The notes below the pieces were generated by a model. That model did no database searches and was not told the DNA's origin. It worked only from the letters and a program-made list of their open reading frames with translations. This document shows positions 8,353 through 18,363 of a stretch of 64,000 nt of DNA, one piece after another. Both the position numbers and the translations under genes were made by a program. The stretch's first letter is position 1; every line of letters starts with the position of its first letter. Source of the stretch: Chloroflexota bacterium (GTDB lineage Bacteria; Chloroflexota; Anaerolineae; B4-G1; SLSP01); contig JAIOAS010000001.1 of assembly GCA_019873725.1 (NCBI GenBank), forward strand, positions 40,257-104,256, written 5' to 3'.

Positions 8353-11300
8353 TATTCCCCCATCAGTTCGTGCAGACGTCTCAAGCACTGGCGGCGGGCT
8401 TCGATATCCTTGATTCGAATAAATCGGTCTTCGATTTGCGCAACAAGGTCTTCTTCCAGTCGCTTTTGCAAGGTTTGCTTGAGTTGCGCCAGCCGAGTAA
8501 GACTCTCGGAATCCAGAAAGGCAGGAGGTTTCTCCAGTTGCTGAAGCAAAGTGGCAGGATTTTCACCCCCCTTGTGGCGCTGGGCAAAAGTTTGCAACCA
8601 AGTCTTGGCCTCTTGGGTCTTCTGTTGATGTAGCTTCTCAATGTTTGCCTTTCTGGTCTCCAGCAAACGCCGCTGCTCAGTACTAAGCAAAGCTCCGTAA
8701 TGCGTTTCGGCTGTGGTGAGTTGTGCTTTGATAACACTCAGGTCATCTGGCGTGTTGCAGGGAAGCCTGTCAAGCTTTTGAAGTTCCTCGAAAAAGGCTT
8801 CGAGTTGGGTGATTCTTTGCTCAGTTTCACACAAGAGTTGATAGAGAGGTGTTCCTTGCACTGAGTCCAAATTGCGCAGTACCAGGTCGCGCTGGTCTCG
8901 CAATTTGTTTATACTGTCGGCATGCTCTATAGATTCAGGCAAAACAGCCGCAATTTGCTCGTATTGGTGTATACGGTTTTCGATTTGTGCGGATTTTTCA
9001 TCGCGTAATTTGGATGTTTTCGGGGAAAGATTAGTTAGTTGCAATAGTCTTTCACGGTAAGCATATAAGGTTGACAGTCCGTGAGAAGGTGCCATACGCT
9101 GCAACTCAGCAACAATCGCTTTTTCGCTTTCCTGTTGTTTTAGTTCCTCATAAACTTGTTTCAGTTTGTCCAGAGCTTCTTCTACGCGCTTTGCTGACAT
9201 GGGATACTCAGTCAAAGCTTTGCGGGCACGTTGGAGTTCCCGCTCGTGCGGTTTATAGTCGCTCAAATCCTTTAGACTTTCATATCGAGTGCAAAATGAT
9301 TCTAACGCGGTCTGCATGGCATCTTCCCATCGGGTTTGCAAAATGCATAGACCCGGTTCGGAAGGCATGACTTGCCGGGGAACAGGAAACTCTTTCAACG
9401 ATTCACGCAACTTGAGCAAGTCGTCAAAACTTGCGGATTGCAAAGCTCGCAACCATGCGCCAGCCCTTTGGTCATATTCTTGCGCCTGTTGCAACGCTTC
9501 CTCAAGGCGCGGACGCAATTGTTCGATCTCTTCTCGCTTGGCTTCGGGTAAACGTGGAGTGGCGAGCGCCTCTTCAAGTTTGACCAGAGCCTCATTCGCC
9601 TCAGCAATCGAGAAGGATTTGCCCTGTCGTATTTGCTCCAATACAGTGTTGGCTTGGTTAAATGCTTCGTCGGGTTTGGAGCGGCCGATAGCAAGCGGCG
9701 ATAGAATACAGATACGGTTAAGGAAGTCCTGCGGGTTTCTCGATTCGTCAAAGAGGCTCTTGAGCTGGCTTAGTGAAACGATCTTACCGCTCAACGACAA
9801 GCGAATTTCGTGCTGGTGGAAACCAATCCATGCGGATAGTAACAGAGTAAGCGTATTGTAATCGTGCCCATAGGGCGGATTGAGCAAGGTAAGCAAGACC
9901 GTTTGAACATGAACATCGTTACAGCCTGCAGGGAAGGTTTCTTCAAGTAAGTTCCAGGCTTCTTGTAGGGCCCGCGAGGTCGGGAGCTGAATAGTATAGT
10001 CTTGGGTTGTCAGCAAGCCCCATTTCTGCATCAAATAGAAGTTAGCCACCTGATATTGCATGTCTTTGTTTGCCAGATTGTGAATACTACTCCCTGCTGT
10101 ATCGCTGAACAACCAACGCGCGATATTTTGTACAGCCGTGCGCAACTGATTGACACCCTTGCCGCCTACAGGTCTGTCAGAAAAATCCACCCGATACACA
10201 TACGCCTGTTTATAGCACTCAGCAATAACCGCCTTAAGTGATAGATTCCTGAGCGTCTGGACCGAGGCGCGATACGCAACGGGTAAAACATAATCTTTCA
10301 AATTTCGCTGGATTTCTGCAAAGTTTCCTGTATCGCCGATCCACTCGTCTACAGCTCGCTTGAAGTTCGCCTCCGCCAATGCGCTTTCTTGTTGATACAT
10401 GACCGTCCCGATTTTTTCCCGTTCCGAACGTCCTAGAGTTTCAAGCGCTTTCATCCGTTGAGCCGTAGCCACCAGGCCAGGCGTAGGATGTTTGGGTAAA
10501 ACGATAATTACTGGCAAAGGATGAGCCAAAGTCCCTAATGCCGAGTCCAACACAGACGGAGCAGTTTGCTGTAATTGTATTTTCTCTTCCTCACTCTGCG
10601 CGATGAGCCAGATGACTACCCCGCGAGAACCCTCTTCAATGCCACTCACTCCTGCACGATAAGGTTGGAGTAGTTTTCTTAGTTCGTCTGTCGTGAATAG
10701 GTCAGCAGTGAATGCCGCTTGGCGTGGCGCCCAATCCCCAATGTTTCCATAATTCAAAGAGATCTCTAGGGCGGGTACTGCCGCGCTTATTTTGCTCATT
10801 AGCGCATGATCGACTGGCGTTTCATCTACTGCCTTTTGGATGATTTTTTCCGTTTCGGGCGAGCGAACTCCAGGAGGAAGGAGAGATGAAATCTTGTTAT
10901 AGGGATCGTACTGAATCACTCTGGCTTCGCTCAGTTCGCGTAAAAGAACCTTGATTCTTTCAACACTTAACCCACACAAATGGCTAAGTAAATCAAGTTG
11001 CGCATCTTTCCGCAGTTTCAGTCTGTCTAGTTCTGCCACAGCTTGCTGCAATAAGAGGGCTTTCAGAACGGCGCGATGTTCACCAGTGAGAGGGATAGGG
11101 GAACTCTCAAGTGCAGTGCGATAGGCTGTATACCAACTCTTGGAAATTTGCTCTCCGAAGAAATCTACCAGTGTAATTGCAAAGACGAAATTAGGACTAC
11201 CATCCAGCAATTGGGCTGGCTGTTGACGCTGGTCTTGCCACATCCGGCGCACAAATTCCAGGGCGGTACGCGGGCTTTCGCCCGCACCTGACTCAAAGTT

Positions 11301-12557
11301 GTGAAACGACAAAATGGCCGTTGTCAATGGATGCAGAGGAAAGCAACCTTTGACCACTTTTTGCGCTGCAGCCTCGACATTCCATTTTAATGCTTCGTCG
11401 TATCTTTTGGAAAAGTAGCTATATAGAGCTTCTCGGCCTCGCGCCAACGCTGGTTTTACAGCACGCTGTTCAAGCCAAGCCGCCCAGGCAACATCGTCTT
11501 GTTTCAGGTAAGCGTCAAGGACACTTTCCATAAGCGAAAACAGCCGAGCGCGTTTGTCCTTGGGCAAACGTTCTAGTTCTTTTTTAACGCTGTCGCGGCG
11601 TTGTCCGAGGGCATAAGTCTCGGCTACGGTATCGACATCATGTTGAGAAAAAGCTAGAAATGCACTTTTCCCAGGGCGCTTGCTGATACCGTTGAGCAAT
11701 TCTTGTAATTTACCTGCCACACGCGAGGCGGCGTACTTTTGCAGGAACAAACTAAATTCATCGAACAGAATCAGTAGACCACCGAAATGATAAGGCACAC
11801 ATACTTTGTCTACCGCCCACAACACCAATTCTTCCAGGTTGACCTCACCACCGAAATCAGGGTAGACGCCCGTGACCTGTTTGAATACCTCGCGGACTAA
11901 CGCATAGGCGCCCTGCTTGCGCAAGTCGCTCGTCAAATGGGCGAGATCAGTGTTTTGGACAGCCAGAAAACTTTCAGCCTTTTGGCGCGCTTCGCCGCTG
12001 AGGTTCTTCAGCCATGCGGCTGCATGAGCATACCAGAAGGGCATTTCCAAACTACGTGTGGCGTTGTGCTCTTGCAGCGCATGTTCTAGGGCACGCACAA
12101 AACCTTCCTGAAGATCGTCGCAGCGGTCACCTTGCAAGCGCACCACTAGAAATTCGCCCTTACTCTTCTTGAAATCGCGGTAGCCGGCCAACTGCGACTG
12201 GTTATTGAGCGCCTGTCCTAGCCGATCCAGCACAATCTTCACCTCTGGTGAATCTGCTGGGCGAGCGAAGAAGTTTGCCAACGCCAATGCTAGGTGGCTT
12301 TTGCCGCGCCCATAATTGGCGGTCAACACAATACGATAATCACCGCGTTCGACGGTGAAAGCTGTCTTTAGCGTATCCAATACGTCTTTGGCGGCGTAGT
12401 CGCGCTGGGCAGCGCCAATGGTCACCGGCGCATGAACGGTGAAAATGTACTTTTGGAGTAATTCGCGATTGAGCTTGGGGTCTTCATAGTCGCTTAGTTG
12501 CACGTCTGAGCGAAATTCACCCTGCATGTCCATGCTAACCAATTCTTCTATACGCAT
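8352..12557 (-). CDS. brxC: BrxC/PglY-like large P-loop ATPase (DUF499-type), 1401 aa
   Basis: N-terminal Walker A VLTANYGRGKSHLALALANFF (GxGKSH, as in BrxC). Very large protein with a coiled-coil-rich C-terminal half. Position upstream of pglZ. Confidence 0.65.
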   Translation of the reverse strand: MRIEELVSMDMQGEFRSDVQLSDYEDPKLNRELLQKYIFTVHAPVTIGAAQRDYAAKDVLDTLKTAFTVERGDYRIVLTANYGRGKSHLALALANFFARPADSPEVKIVLDRLGQALNNQSQLAGYRDFKKSKGEFLVVRLQGDRCDDLQEGFVRALEHALQEHNATRSLEMPFWYAHAAAWLKNLSGEARQKAESFLAVQNTDLAHLTSDLRKQGAYALVREVFKQVTGVYPDFGGEVNLEELVLWAVDKVCVPYHFGGLLILFDEFSLFLQKYAASRVAGKLQELLNGISKRPGKSAFLAFSQHDVDTVAETYALGQRRDSVKKELERLPKDKRARLFSLMESVLDAYLKQDDVAWAAWLEQRAVKPALARGREALYSYFSKRYDEALKWNVEAAAQKVVKGCFPLHPLTTAILSFHNFESGAGESPRTALEFVRRMWQDQRQQPAQLLDGSPNFVFAITLVDFFGEQISKSWYTAYRTALESSPIPLTGEHRAVLKALLLQQAVAELDRLKLRKDAQLDLLSHLCGLSVERIKVLLRELSEARVIQYDPYNKISSLLPPGVRSPETEKIIQKAVDETPVDHALMSKISAAVPALEISLNYGNIGDWAPRQAAFTADLFTTDELRKLLQPYRAGVSGIEEGSRGVVIWLIAQSEEEKIQLQQTAPSVLDSALGTLAHPLPVIIVLPKHPTPGLVATAQRMKALETLGRSEREKIGTVMYQQESALAEANFKRAVDEWIGDTGNFAEIQRNLKDYVLPVAYRASVQTLRNLSLKAVIAECYKQAYVYRVDFSDRPVGGKGVNQLRTAVQNIARWLFSDTAGSSIHNLANKDMQYQVANFYLMQKWGLLTTQDYTIQLPTSRALQEAWNLLEETFPAGCNDVHVQTVLLTLLNPPYGHDYNTLTLLLSAWIGFHQHEIRLSLSGKIVSLSQLKSLFDESRNPQDFLNRICILSPLAIGRSKPDEAFNQANTVLEQIRQGKSFSIAEANEALVKLEEALATPRLPEAKREEIEQLRPRLEEALQQAQEYDQRAGAWLRALQSASFDDLLKLRESLKEFPVPRQVMPSEPGLCILQTRWEDAMQTALESFCTRYESLKDLSDYKPHERELQRARKALTEYPMSAKRVEEALDKLKQVYEELKQQESEKAIVAELQRMAPSHGLSTLYAYRERLLQLTNLSPKTSKLRDEKSAQIENRIHQYEQIAAVLPESIEHADSINKLRDQRDLVLRNLDSVQGTPLYQLLCETEQRITQLEAFFEELQKLDRLPCNTPDDLSVIKAQLTTAETHYGALLSTEQRRLLETRKANIEKLHQQKTQEAKTWLQTFAQRHKGGENPATLLQQLEKPPAFLDSESLTRLAQLKQTLQKRLEEDLVAQIEDRFIRIKDIEARRQCLRRLHELMGE

Positions 12558-12577
12558 TATTCCCTCCCGAAGAATAC

Positions 12578-13042
12578 TTATTTCAGAACACCTTCGGCTA
12601 TCTGGGCCGTATAGCGGCGTTGCATATCAAAGGTAAATAGTTCGGATGTCTCTGCCGGCACGGCCAGTATCAATTTGATGCGCGGGTAAGGCAAGCCTTC
12701 CAACGCCTCGCGCCAGAAACATTCACGTTCGTTCATTTCCAATCCCAGCAAGAGCAAGTCCAAAGTATGCACCAATAAGCAATCTTGCGTTTGAGTTGAA
12801 TGGGCGAGTGTGCGCAGCAAATCCATAAGATGCCGATGTCCATCTGGGCGCGTAAGGCCGGAAAAATGCGTTCCTTCCGGCAAACTTTGCAGATAAGCTT
12901 GCCGTGCATCCAATGCTTGTACATTTAGACGCACAGCAATATCACCTTCCTGGCCGAGGTATGCGCGCGGCATCAACCATACCCCTACACCGGTCCGCGC
13001 GCCGGGTTGACGCAGTGCATCCCGCAGAGCTTCGATGTTCAT
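12578..13042 (-). CDS. hypothetical protein (154 aa), BREX-cluster accessory
   Basis: ORF tightly packed between the DUF4007-like gene and brxC. No motif. Confidence 0.45.
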   Translation of the reverse strand: MNIEALRDALRQPGARTGVGVWLMPRAYLGQEGDIAVRLNVQALDARQAYLQSLPEGTHFSGLTRPDGHRHLMDLLRTLAHSTQTQDCLLVHTLDLLLLGLEMNERECFWREALEGLPYPRIKLILAVPAETSELFTFDMQRRYTAQIAEGVLK

Positions 13043-13045
13043 CGC

Positions 13046-13858
13046 TTACCCCACATACATCTTTTGCAGAGCGTATTCCAGACTGGGCTGTAACAAGACC
13101 ACCTGATAGGGGCGGGATATCCGGTAAAGATCGAGCATACCCTCTTGTTTGAGTTGCAGGAGGAGGCGCGTTAGGCCTTCTTCGCCCAGCAAGAATATCG
13201 AGGCGAAATCCCCCTGGCTCAAGTCATCCAGATTGATCGTGAGCCGCTCATCATAGTGGGCGCGCCAATATTCGGACAGCGCGTAGCCCAAAGCCCAAAG
13301 CGGTGGTGCATCTGTTGAGAGCACGCGGTAAGTTTTGGTGTTTATCTCTTCCACCAAGCCCAAACGTCCTAATCCATCGGTTTTGAGATATGTGCCGAGA
13401 AAAACTGTGATGGTACTACGCACCGAATCCGGCGCGGGGTTTTTGCCTGCTTCTTGCTGAAGAAAGGCCGTCAGATCGGCAATCAGATCGGCGGCGGTGA
13501 AGATGTTGCCCGGCACAAAGCGCGTGCGCACCAAATAGTTCCAAAAGGCCGTAGGGCCATGTGGCGCGGCCAGGTGATAATGCAGCAGCCATTGTGTACT
13601 GACTTTTTCCAGGGTGGGATCATGTTGGGCGACAAAGCGTCCGAAGACGGTCAGTGCATTGCTCTTGTCCAACAACCCGGCACGTAAGGCGTAACGCGGC
13701 ATAGCTTCCTGATAGACTGTTCCTAAGTCTGTACTTTTTCCCAAATCTTCTCGTTTAAAGCCAGGTTTATATTTGGCGAGAGAAATGACTTTAGCAATGG
13801 ATGAACGGGACAGAGAAAACGTACGATGAAAGGTCAGGCTCATATATTCTCTCCTCAT
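13046..13858 (-). CDS. DUF4007-like protein, paralog of the 18356..19273 product
   Basis: Aligns with the 305-aa protein: AMPRYALRAGLLD vs AAAIRYWGLALGLLN, and STQWLLHYHLAAPHGPTAFWNYLVRTRF vs GSLWLLHWLLASNQERGLVWYLIFSRYF. Start adjusted to avoid overlap with the PAPS-reductase gene. Confidence 0.5.
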   Translation of the reverse strand: MRREYMSLTFHRTFSLSRSSIAKVISLAKYKPGFKREDLGKSTDLGTVYQEAMPRYALRAGLLDKSNALTVFGRFVAQHDPTLEKVSTQWLLHYHLAAPHGPTAFWNYLVRTRFVPGNIFTAADLIADLTAFLQQEAGKNPAPDSVRSTITVFLGTYLKTDGLGRLGLVEEINTKTYRVLSTDAPPLWALGYALSEYWRAHYDERLTINLDDLSQGDFASIFLLGEEGLTRLLLQLKQEGMLDLYRISRPYQVVLLQPSLEYALQKMYVG

Positions 13859-14682
13859 TATAGATGACAAATAAGACAACTTTCATCTCCTGATTCGTTC
13901 GCTAAGAAAACGTCTGCTAAGGTCAAATTTACTCTTGATTGCTGTTGACGTTCCAGACGGCGGCTGTACTCTTCTCGAATCACTCTTTGACGTTCGGGAG
14001 AACGTAATTCTCTTAAGCTTTCTCGAGAAGACCACGTATATCGTTCGCCAGTTTCAAGGTTTTCTCTCTCGAAACTTTCGGCTCTTTCATATAAATCTTT
14101 ATGGTTCTCTAGTAGCCCCAACCATTCAATTTTTTGTTGAAAGAAGCAAAAATAACAACCCGAACGCGAACGCCATTCGTAGTATTTGGGCAAACCAAGC
14201 CCACTCTCGTCTAAAATTCGAACGACGTCTTCCCGCTTTATATCATCCTCTATAAAAGGGTAACGCGCTATGATATTTGGTTTGGTAGAAACATAACCTT
14301 TTCGATGTTGTTCATCGGCTCGTATACCAATGTAGTTATAACAAATATCATTACTGATTTCTTCTTCAAAAGGCTTAATCTTTAGGTATTCTGTACACCA
14401 ACGGACTTGTGCTGAAGGTAGAAATCCGCCTCTAGCTTTGAGCATATCTTCAAACGATTGTCTTGCTCTAATCTTTTTAATCTCTCTTCCTAAAAATACT
14501 TCCAATTTGTCCAAATATTCGTACGTTTCCGGCAGTTCTTCGCCTGTATCGCAAAAGACATATTCCAGGTTGGGAATACGGCCGCGCAGATAAATAGCCA
14601 GGGCAGTGCTGTCTTTGCCGCCGGAAAGCGAAACGATGTGCCGTTCAGGACGAATCAAATTTACCTCCTTCAGTCCACACAT
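13858..14682 (-). CDS. brxP: PAPS-reductase-family PP-loop ATP pyrophosphatase (BrxP / DndC / SspD-like)
   Basis: PP-loop IVSLSGGKDSTALAIYL. Cys clusters CYFCFF and CLICHL. GC ~40% versus ~65% in flanking DNA. Confidence 0.8.
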   Translation of the reverse strand: MCGLKEVNLIRPERHIVSLSGGKDSTALAIYLRGRIPNLEYVFCDTGEELPETYEYLDKLEVFLGREIKKIRARQSFEDMLKARGGFLPSAQVRWCTEYLKIKPFEEEISNDICYNYIGIRADEQHRKGYVSTKPNIIARYPFIEDDIKREDVVRILDESGLGLPKYYEWRSRSGCYFCFFQQKIEWLGLLENHKDLYERAESFERENLETGERYTWSSRESLRELRSPERQRVIREEYSRRLERQQQSRVNLTLADVFLANESGDESCLICHL

Positions 14683-14936
14683 ACTTCAATCATTTTGCCG
14701 AAAACCTGCGCCAGCCGACAGGCCACATACAAGGAGACGCGCCGTTTGCCAGACTCAATCTGGGAAAGATAGGAACGGTCAATACCTGCTTGTCGCGCGA
14801 CTTCATCTTGGGTCATCTGGACTTTCTCTCGCTCGGTTTTTAACCGTTGCCCAAAATGTTGGTAGAACTCGTCTTGTTTACTACTGTCAACAAACGAATC
14901 CCCCCGCTTTTCTATGCGGGGGGATTCGTTCATCAT
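14670..14936 (-). CDS. XRE-family helix-turn-helix transcriptional regulator
   Basis: MTQDEVARQAGIDRSYLSQIESGKRRVSLYVACRLAQVF is a classic Cro/CI-type HTH. Low GC. Confidence 0.6.
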   Translation of the reverse strand: MMNESPRIEKRGDSFVDSSKQDEFYQHFGQRLKTEREKVQMTQDEVARQAGIDRSYLSQIESGKRRVSLYVACRLAQVFGKMIEVCVD

Positions 14937-15018
14937 TTCACAATGGGTTAATTCTATGAGAGGTGATACCATTGAGGCCTCCTATGTTGATTGGTGTTTG
15001 GGGTATCTAACGCATTGA

Positions 15019-18000
15019 TCATTGTTGCCCGGCCTTTTTCTGTTGTTTTAACAAGAGCTGCAAAGCCAAGTTGATTACTGCCGGATCATAATTATAGCGA
15101 CTGAGAAAATGGGTCAAGTCTTGTGTGAGCATCTCGGCGCGTTCCCGTGTTTCATCAGATGCTGTTGTCATTTGCGTGAGCGTATCATTTGTGTGTTCTT
15201 GCCACAAAACACCGATATATTGCGCTTGCGCAGAGAAACGTTCAACATCGGCGTCCGTCCACATACGCGCCGGACGGTTGGCAATCACAGCTAAAACACT
15301 TTCCAATGCAGCGCGTGAATCCGCAGCTTCGGCGGCGCGCTTGAGTAGGGGCAGCAAAATGGGGTGTGAAACTCTCGAAACGAGTTGAGTGGCAAGTTGA
15401 CGGAACGATTCCCAACTCGCTTCGCCATCGGGCAAACCGCAAGCCGTCAGCCAGGCATCACGCGCCCAAATTAACAAGTTGGGTGTAGCATTGACCAACG
15501 CATCCAGCGCCGTATTCAGCCGCTCGAAAAAGACCTCGAAGCGATCCTGATCAAATTCCCTTTCCTCGAACGCAGGCAATCCCAACGCTTCCGGCACTTC
15601 CACAAACAGGAACCTTTCGGGAGAGCGTGATGTTTCCACCGCATGGCGCAACTTGAGAGCGATTTCAGGCAGACGGTGGGTGCGCTGGGCATATTCAGGC
15701 AAGGCTTTCATACGGCTAATCACCGTCCGTGCAACCGGCATCACGTAGGGTGACACACCCAGACCACGCGCCATACGTGCCAATACGGCAGCCCGCAATC
15801 CCGTCACGCGGCAGCCTGCCAGTGAGAACATCTCCGGGCGCCGCAGCAGTACTTCCCAATCCGCTACACTCGGCTCGACAAGCAAAGTCCCTTCTTTGTA
15901 GAGCGTCATTTCGTTCTCATAAACCTTGTAGAAAACGGCTAGCATAACCGGTATAACGCCCTGTGTCATGCCAAACGGTGGGGCACTCAGGCGGCCATAG
16001 AGATCGGTCACGGGCTGGGGGTCTGGCAAGCCAGTAAAGACGAAATCATAAATGGCTTGCCATGCGGCAGTCAGATGCAGGCTATTTTCGGCGGGCGGGG
16101 CAATGCGCCAGTTTTCTCCATCCAGGCGGTGCATATCGCCTTTGTGCAGCAAGGCTTCGTACATACTTCGCTCTGGCGGGAACCCCTGGATACCCAAAAT
16201 GGGTTGTTCAGCGCGGGTAAGAATGCCCTCGATGAGCGTGCGGCGCGCTGCTGCCCCCTGCGAGGTCAGCTCGCGGCGGTTGAGCAATTCGTTCCACACC
16301 CGAGGCGAGTGGGGGTAGAGCGCATCGCAAATTTCCGAAAGCAATCCCGAAAGACCGCGTTGCACGTGCTCGGAGACTTTGGCTCCCTGATAGAACCACT
16401 GACAGCCTGCCAGAGCAGAAATCCGATGCGGATTGATAGCTTCATCCAGTTCCAAACGAATCATGCGCTCAATAGAAGCCAACCGCGCCCGCCATTCACG
16501 TCGGGCCACCGGATCGTCACGCAGTTCAGGCGTGTTTTCGCGCACCCAATGTAAACCGCGCAACTCCTGGGCCAGTTCCTTCAGGCGGATTGCACGACCC
16601 GCTACACCGACGACAATCTCTGAGCGGCTGCTGAATGCCTCTGATTGTGCCCATCGCGTGAACTGGTCTATTTCGGTCAATGTACCAGGCAGACATAAAA
16701 GCACCAATCCGCTGGCCTCAGGAGAAGAAATGAGCGAAACCTTGTCCAGATTAAAGGAATCGACATAACGCACATCGAAAAAGCGCTGGGTGCCGGTCTG
16801 ATAGCTATGCCGGCGGGGAAAAAGAGGTCTTGGCGGCAGATACCCTTGCAGCACCTCGGCAATGCTGAAGGTCATCCCCAGCATACCGCGGGCAGTATGT
16901 AAACGTTCCTCAATGTCCACATCACTGCCTTGCCAGACAGCGTAAGTGTCGTTGAAGCGACGATAAACAATAAGCGAGCGACGGCGTAACGCATCTAGTC
17001 CAGCACGTAGGGCAGATTCGTTCCAATCGGGAGCGTAAAACGCGCTCAGGATCATCGCCTCAGTCGCCTGTAGAGGGCCAATTTCCCCTAACCAGTTGAG
17101 CAAGCTAATCGTTTTCAGCAGATCGGTTTCGATTGGGCTAAGATTGGGTGTGTTCTCCAACCGTTCCAATGCTTCGGTCAACGGACGAGCGTGGCCTGAA
17201 GCGTAAATCCGTCCCTGATAATTAGCTGCCAGATAGTCGAACAAATCGGGGAGGCGTAGGAACTCTCCACTTGTGTGGCCGGCGAGAAATTCCTGAAAGC
17301 CAAACGGTTCCTGCGAAGCCAAATAGGCAAAAATCGAACGCTCGTTTTGTGCTAGGCGACGAAAGAAATACGGTAAGGCAACAAACGCACTTGGGTGAAG
17401 GGGATATGCCCGGCAAGCGAGAGTGGTGAATTCGGAGAGGGGTATCGTTGCCGGACGCCAGCCAGCTTCTTCCACGGCTTGTATTGTTTCAGCAAAGGCC
17501 AGTGTCAATGCTGGTGGATCGGGCGTATCGTTCAAGGCACGCGCCAGTAAACGCATTTGCTGAACTGGCGGTTCCAGGAAGGGAATATCCTCAAAACGGC
17601 CTTGCACCTTAGCCCATTCGCGCTGTGTGGTGCTGTCCAGCAAGGCGGCATATTGCTCAAAGGCCTGGTGCAAAATGCCCGCGAAGACCAGCGGCCGCTC
17701 ACCGCTGCGGGCAGCAAACTCGGCTAACTCCTGCAAAAGATAGACATCGCTCTCGTATGGATGGGCGGCGGCGTGCTCCAGAGCTTTGCCCAACTCATCA
17801 AACAGGATTAATGCCCCGCGCGCGCCGGAAGGCGTTTGACTCACTGTTTCCAAGAAGGCTTCCACCCAGCGAAGAAAGACACGGCTATCGGCATGGCGGG
17901 CTTCCTCAAGGCTTTCCCGCAATGCAGGCGCAAACACTCCGGTTTTCAACGTCTGCTCAAATCCACGCGCCAGGCACTCCTGAAGCGGCGCCCGTGCCCC

Positions 18001-18363
18001 CGTCACCGCTACCGTGACGAAACCATCGTTTCCTCCTATCTGCTCTTGCAATCGCTCGGTCAGCAAGGGATCGGACTGCTCCAACATCTTCCAGGCAATC
18101 GTATGTCCCGTTTGTCGCGCATCCAGCAAATGAGCGAGGAACAACCCAAAGAACGATTTGCCCGAACCATACGGTCCGGTCAATATCCAGGCTCTGGCAT
18201 TGCCCGCCAGTCCATCCACAACGCGCCCCAACGCGGCCAACGCCTGTGCTGTCAGAGTGTATCCAACCAGCAGATCGCCGTTAGGTAGATCGCTTTCCAG
18301 CCGCACGGCGCGTAAATTGTTTTGACGAAGGTGAATCACCTCACGTAGCAGCGTCTCAGTCAT
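15019..18363 (-). CDS. second BrxC-like / DUF499-type large P-loop ATPase (SspC-like?), ~1115 aa
   Basis: Walker A ILTGPYGSGKSFFGLFLAHLL. N-terminal region is alignable with the 1401-aa BrxC-like protein. The start is set at MTETLLREV. Confidence 0.55.
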   Translation of the reverse strand: MTETLLREVIHLRQNNLRAVRLESDLPNGDLLVGYTLTAQALAALGRVVDGLAGNARAWILTGPYGSGKSFFGLFLAHLLDARQTGHTIAWKMLEQSDPLLTERLQEQIGGNDGFVTVAVTGARAPLQECLARGFEQTLKTGVFAPALRESLEEARHADSRVFLRWVEAFLETVSQTPSGARGALILFDELGKALEHAAAHPYESDVYLLQELAEFAARSGERPLVFAGILHQAFEQYAALLDSTTQREWAKVQGRFEDIPFLEPPVQQMRLLARALNDTPDPPALTLAFAETIQAVEEAGWRPATIPLSEFTTLACRAYPLHPSAFVALPYFFRRLAQNERSIFAYLASQEPFGFQEFLAGHTSGEFLRLPDLFDYLAANYQGRIYASGHARPLTEALERLENTPNLSPIETDLLKTISLLNWLGEIGPLQATEAMILSAFYAPDWNESALRAGLDALRRRSLIVYRRFNDTYAVWQGSDVDIEERLHTARGMLGMTFSIAEVLQGYLPPRPLFPRRHSYQTGTQRFFDVRYVDSFNLDKVSLISSPEASGLVLLCLPGTLTEIDQFTRWAQSEAFSSRSEIVVGVAGRAIRLKELAQELRGLHWVRENTPELRDDPVARREWRARLASIERMIRLELDEAINPHRISALAGCQWFYQGAKVSEHVQRGLSGLLSEICDALYPHSPRVWNELLNRRELTSQGAAARRTLIEGILTRAEQPILGIQGFPPERSMYEALLHKGDMHRLDGENWRIAPPAENSLHLTAAWQAIYDFVFTGLPDPQPVTDLYGRLSAPPFGMTQGVIPVMLAVFYKVYENEMTLYKEGTLLVEPSVADWEVLLRRPEMFSLAGCRVTGLRAAVLARMARGLGVSPYVMPVARTVISRMKALPEYAQRTHRLPEIALKLRHAVETSRSPERFLFVEVPEALGLPAFEEREFDQDRFEVFFERLNTALDALVNATPNLLIWARDAWLTACGLPDGEASWESFRQLATQLVSRVSHPILLPLLKRAAEAADSRAALESVLAVIANRPARMWTDADVERFSAQAQYIGVLWQEHTNDTLTQMTTASDETRERAEMLTQDLTHFLSRYNYDPAVINLALQLLLKQQKKAGQQ

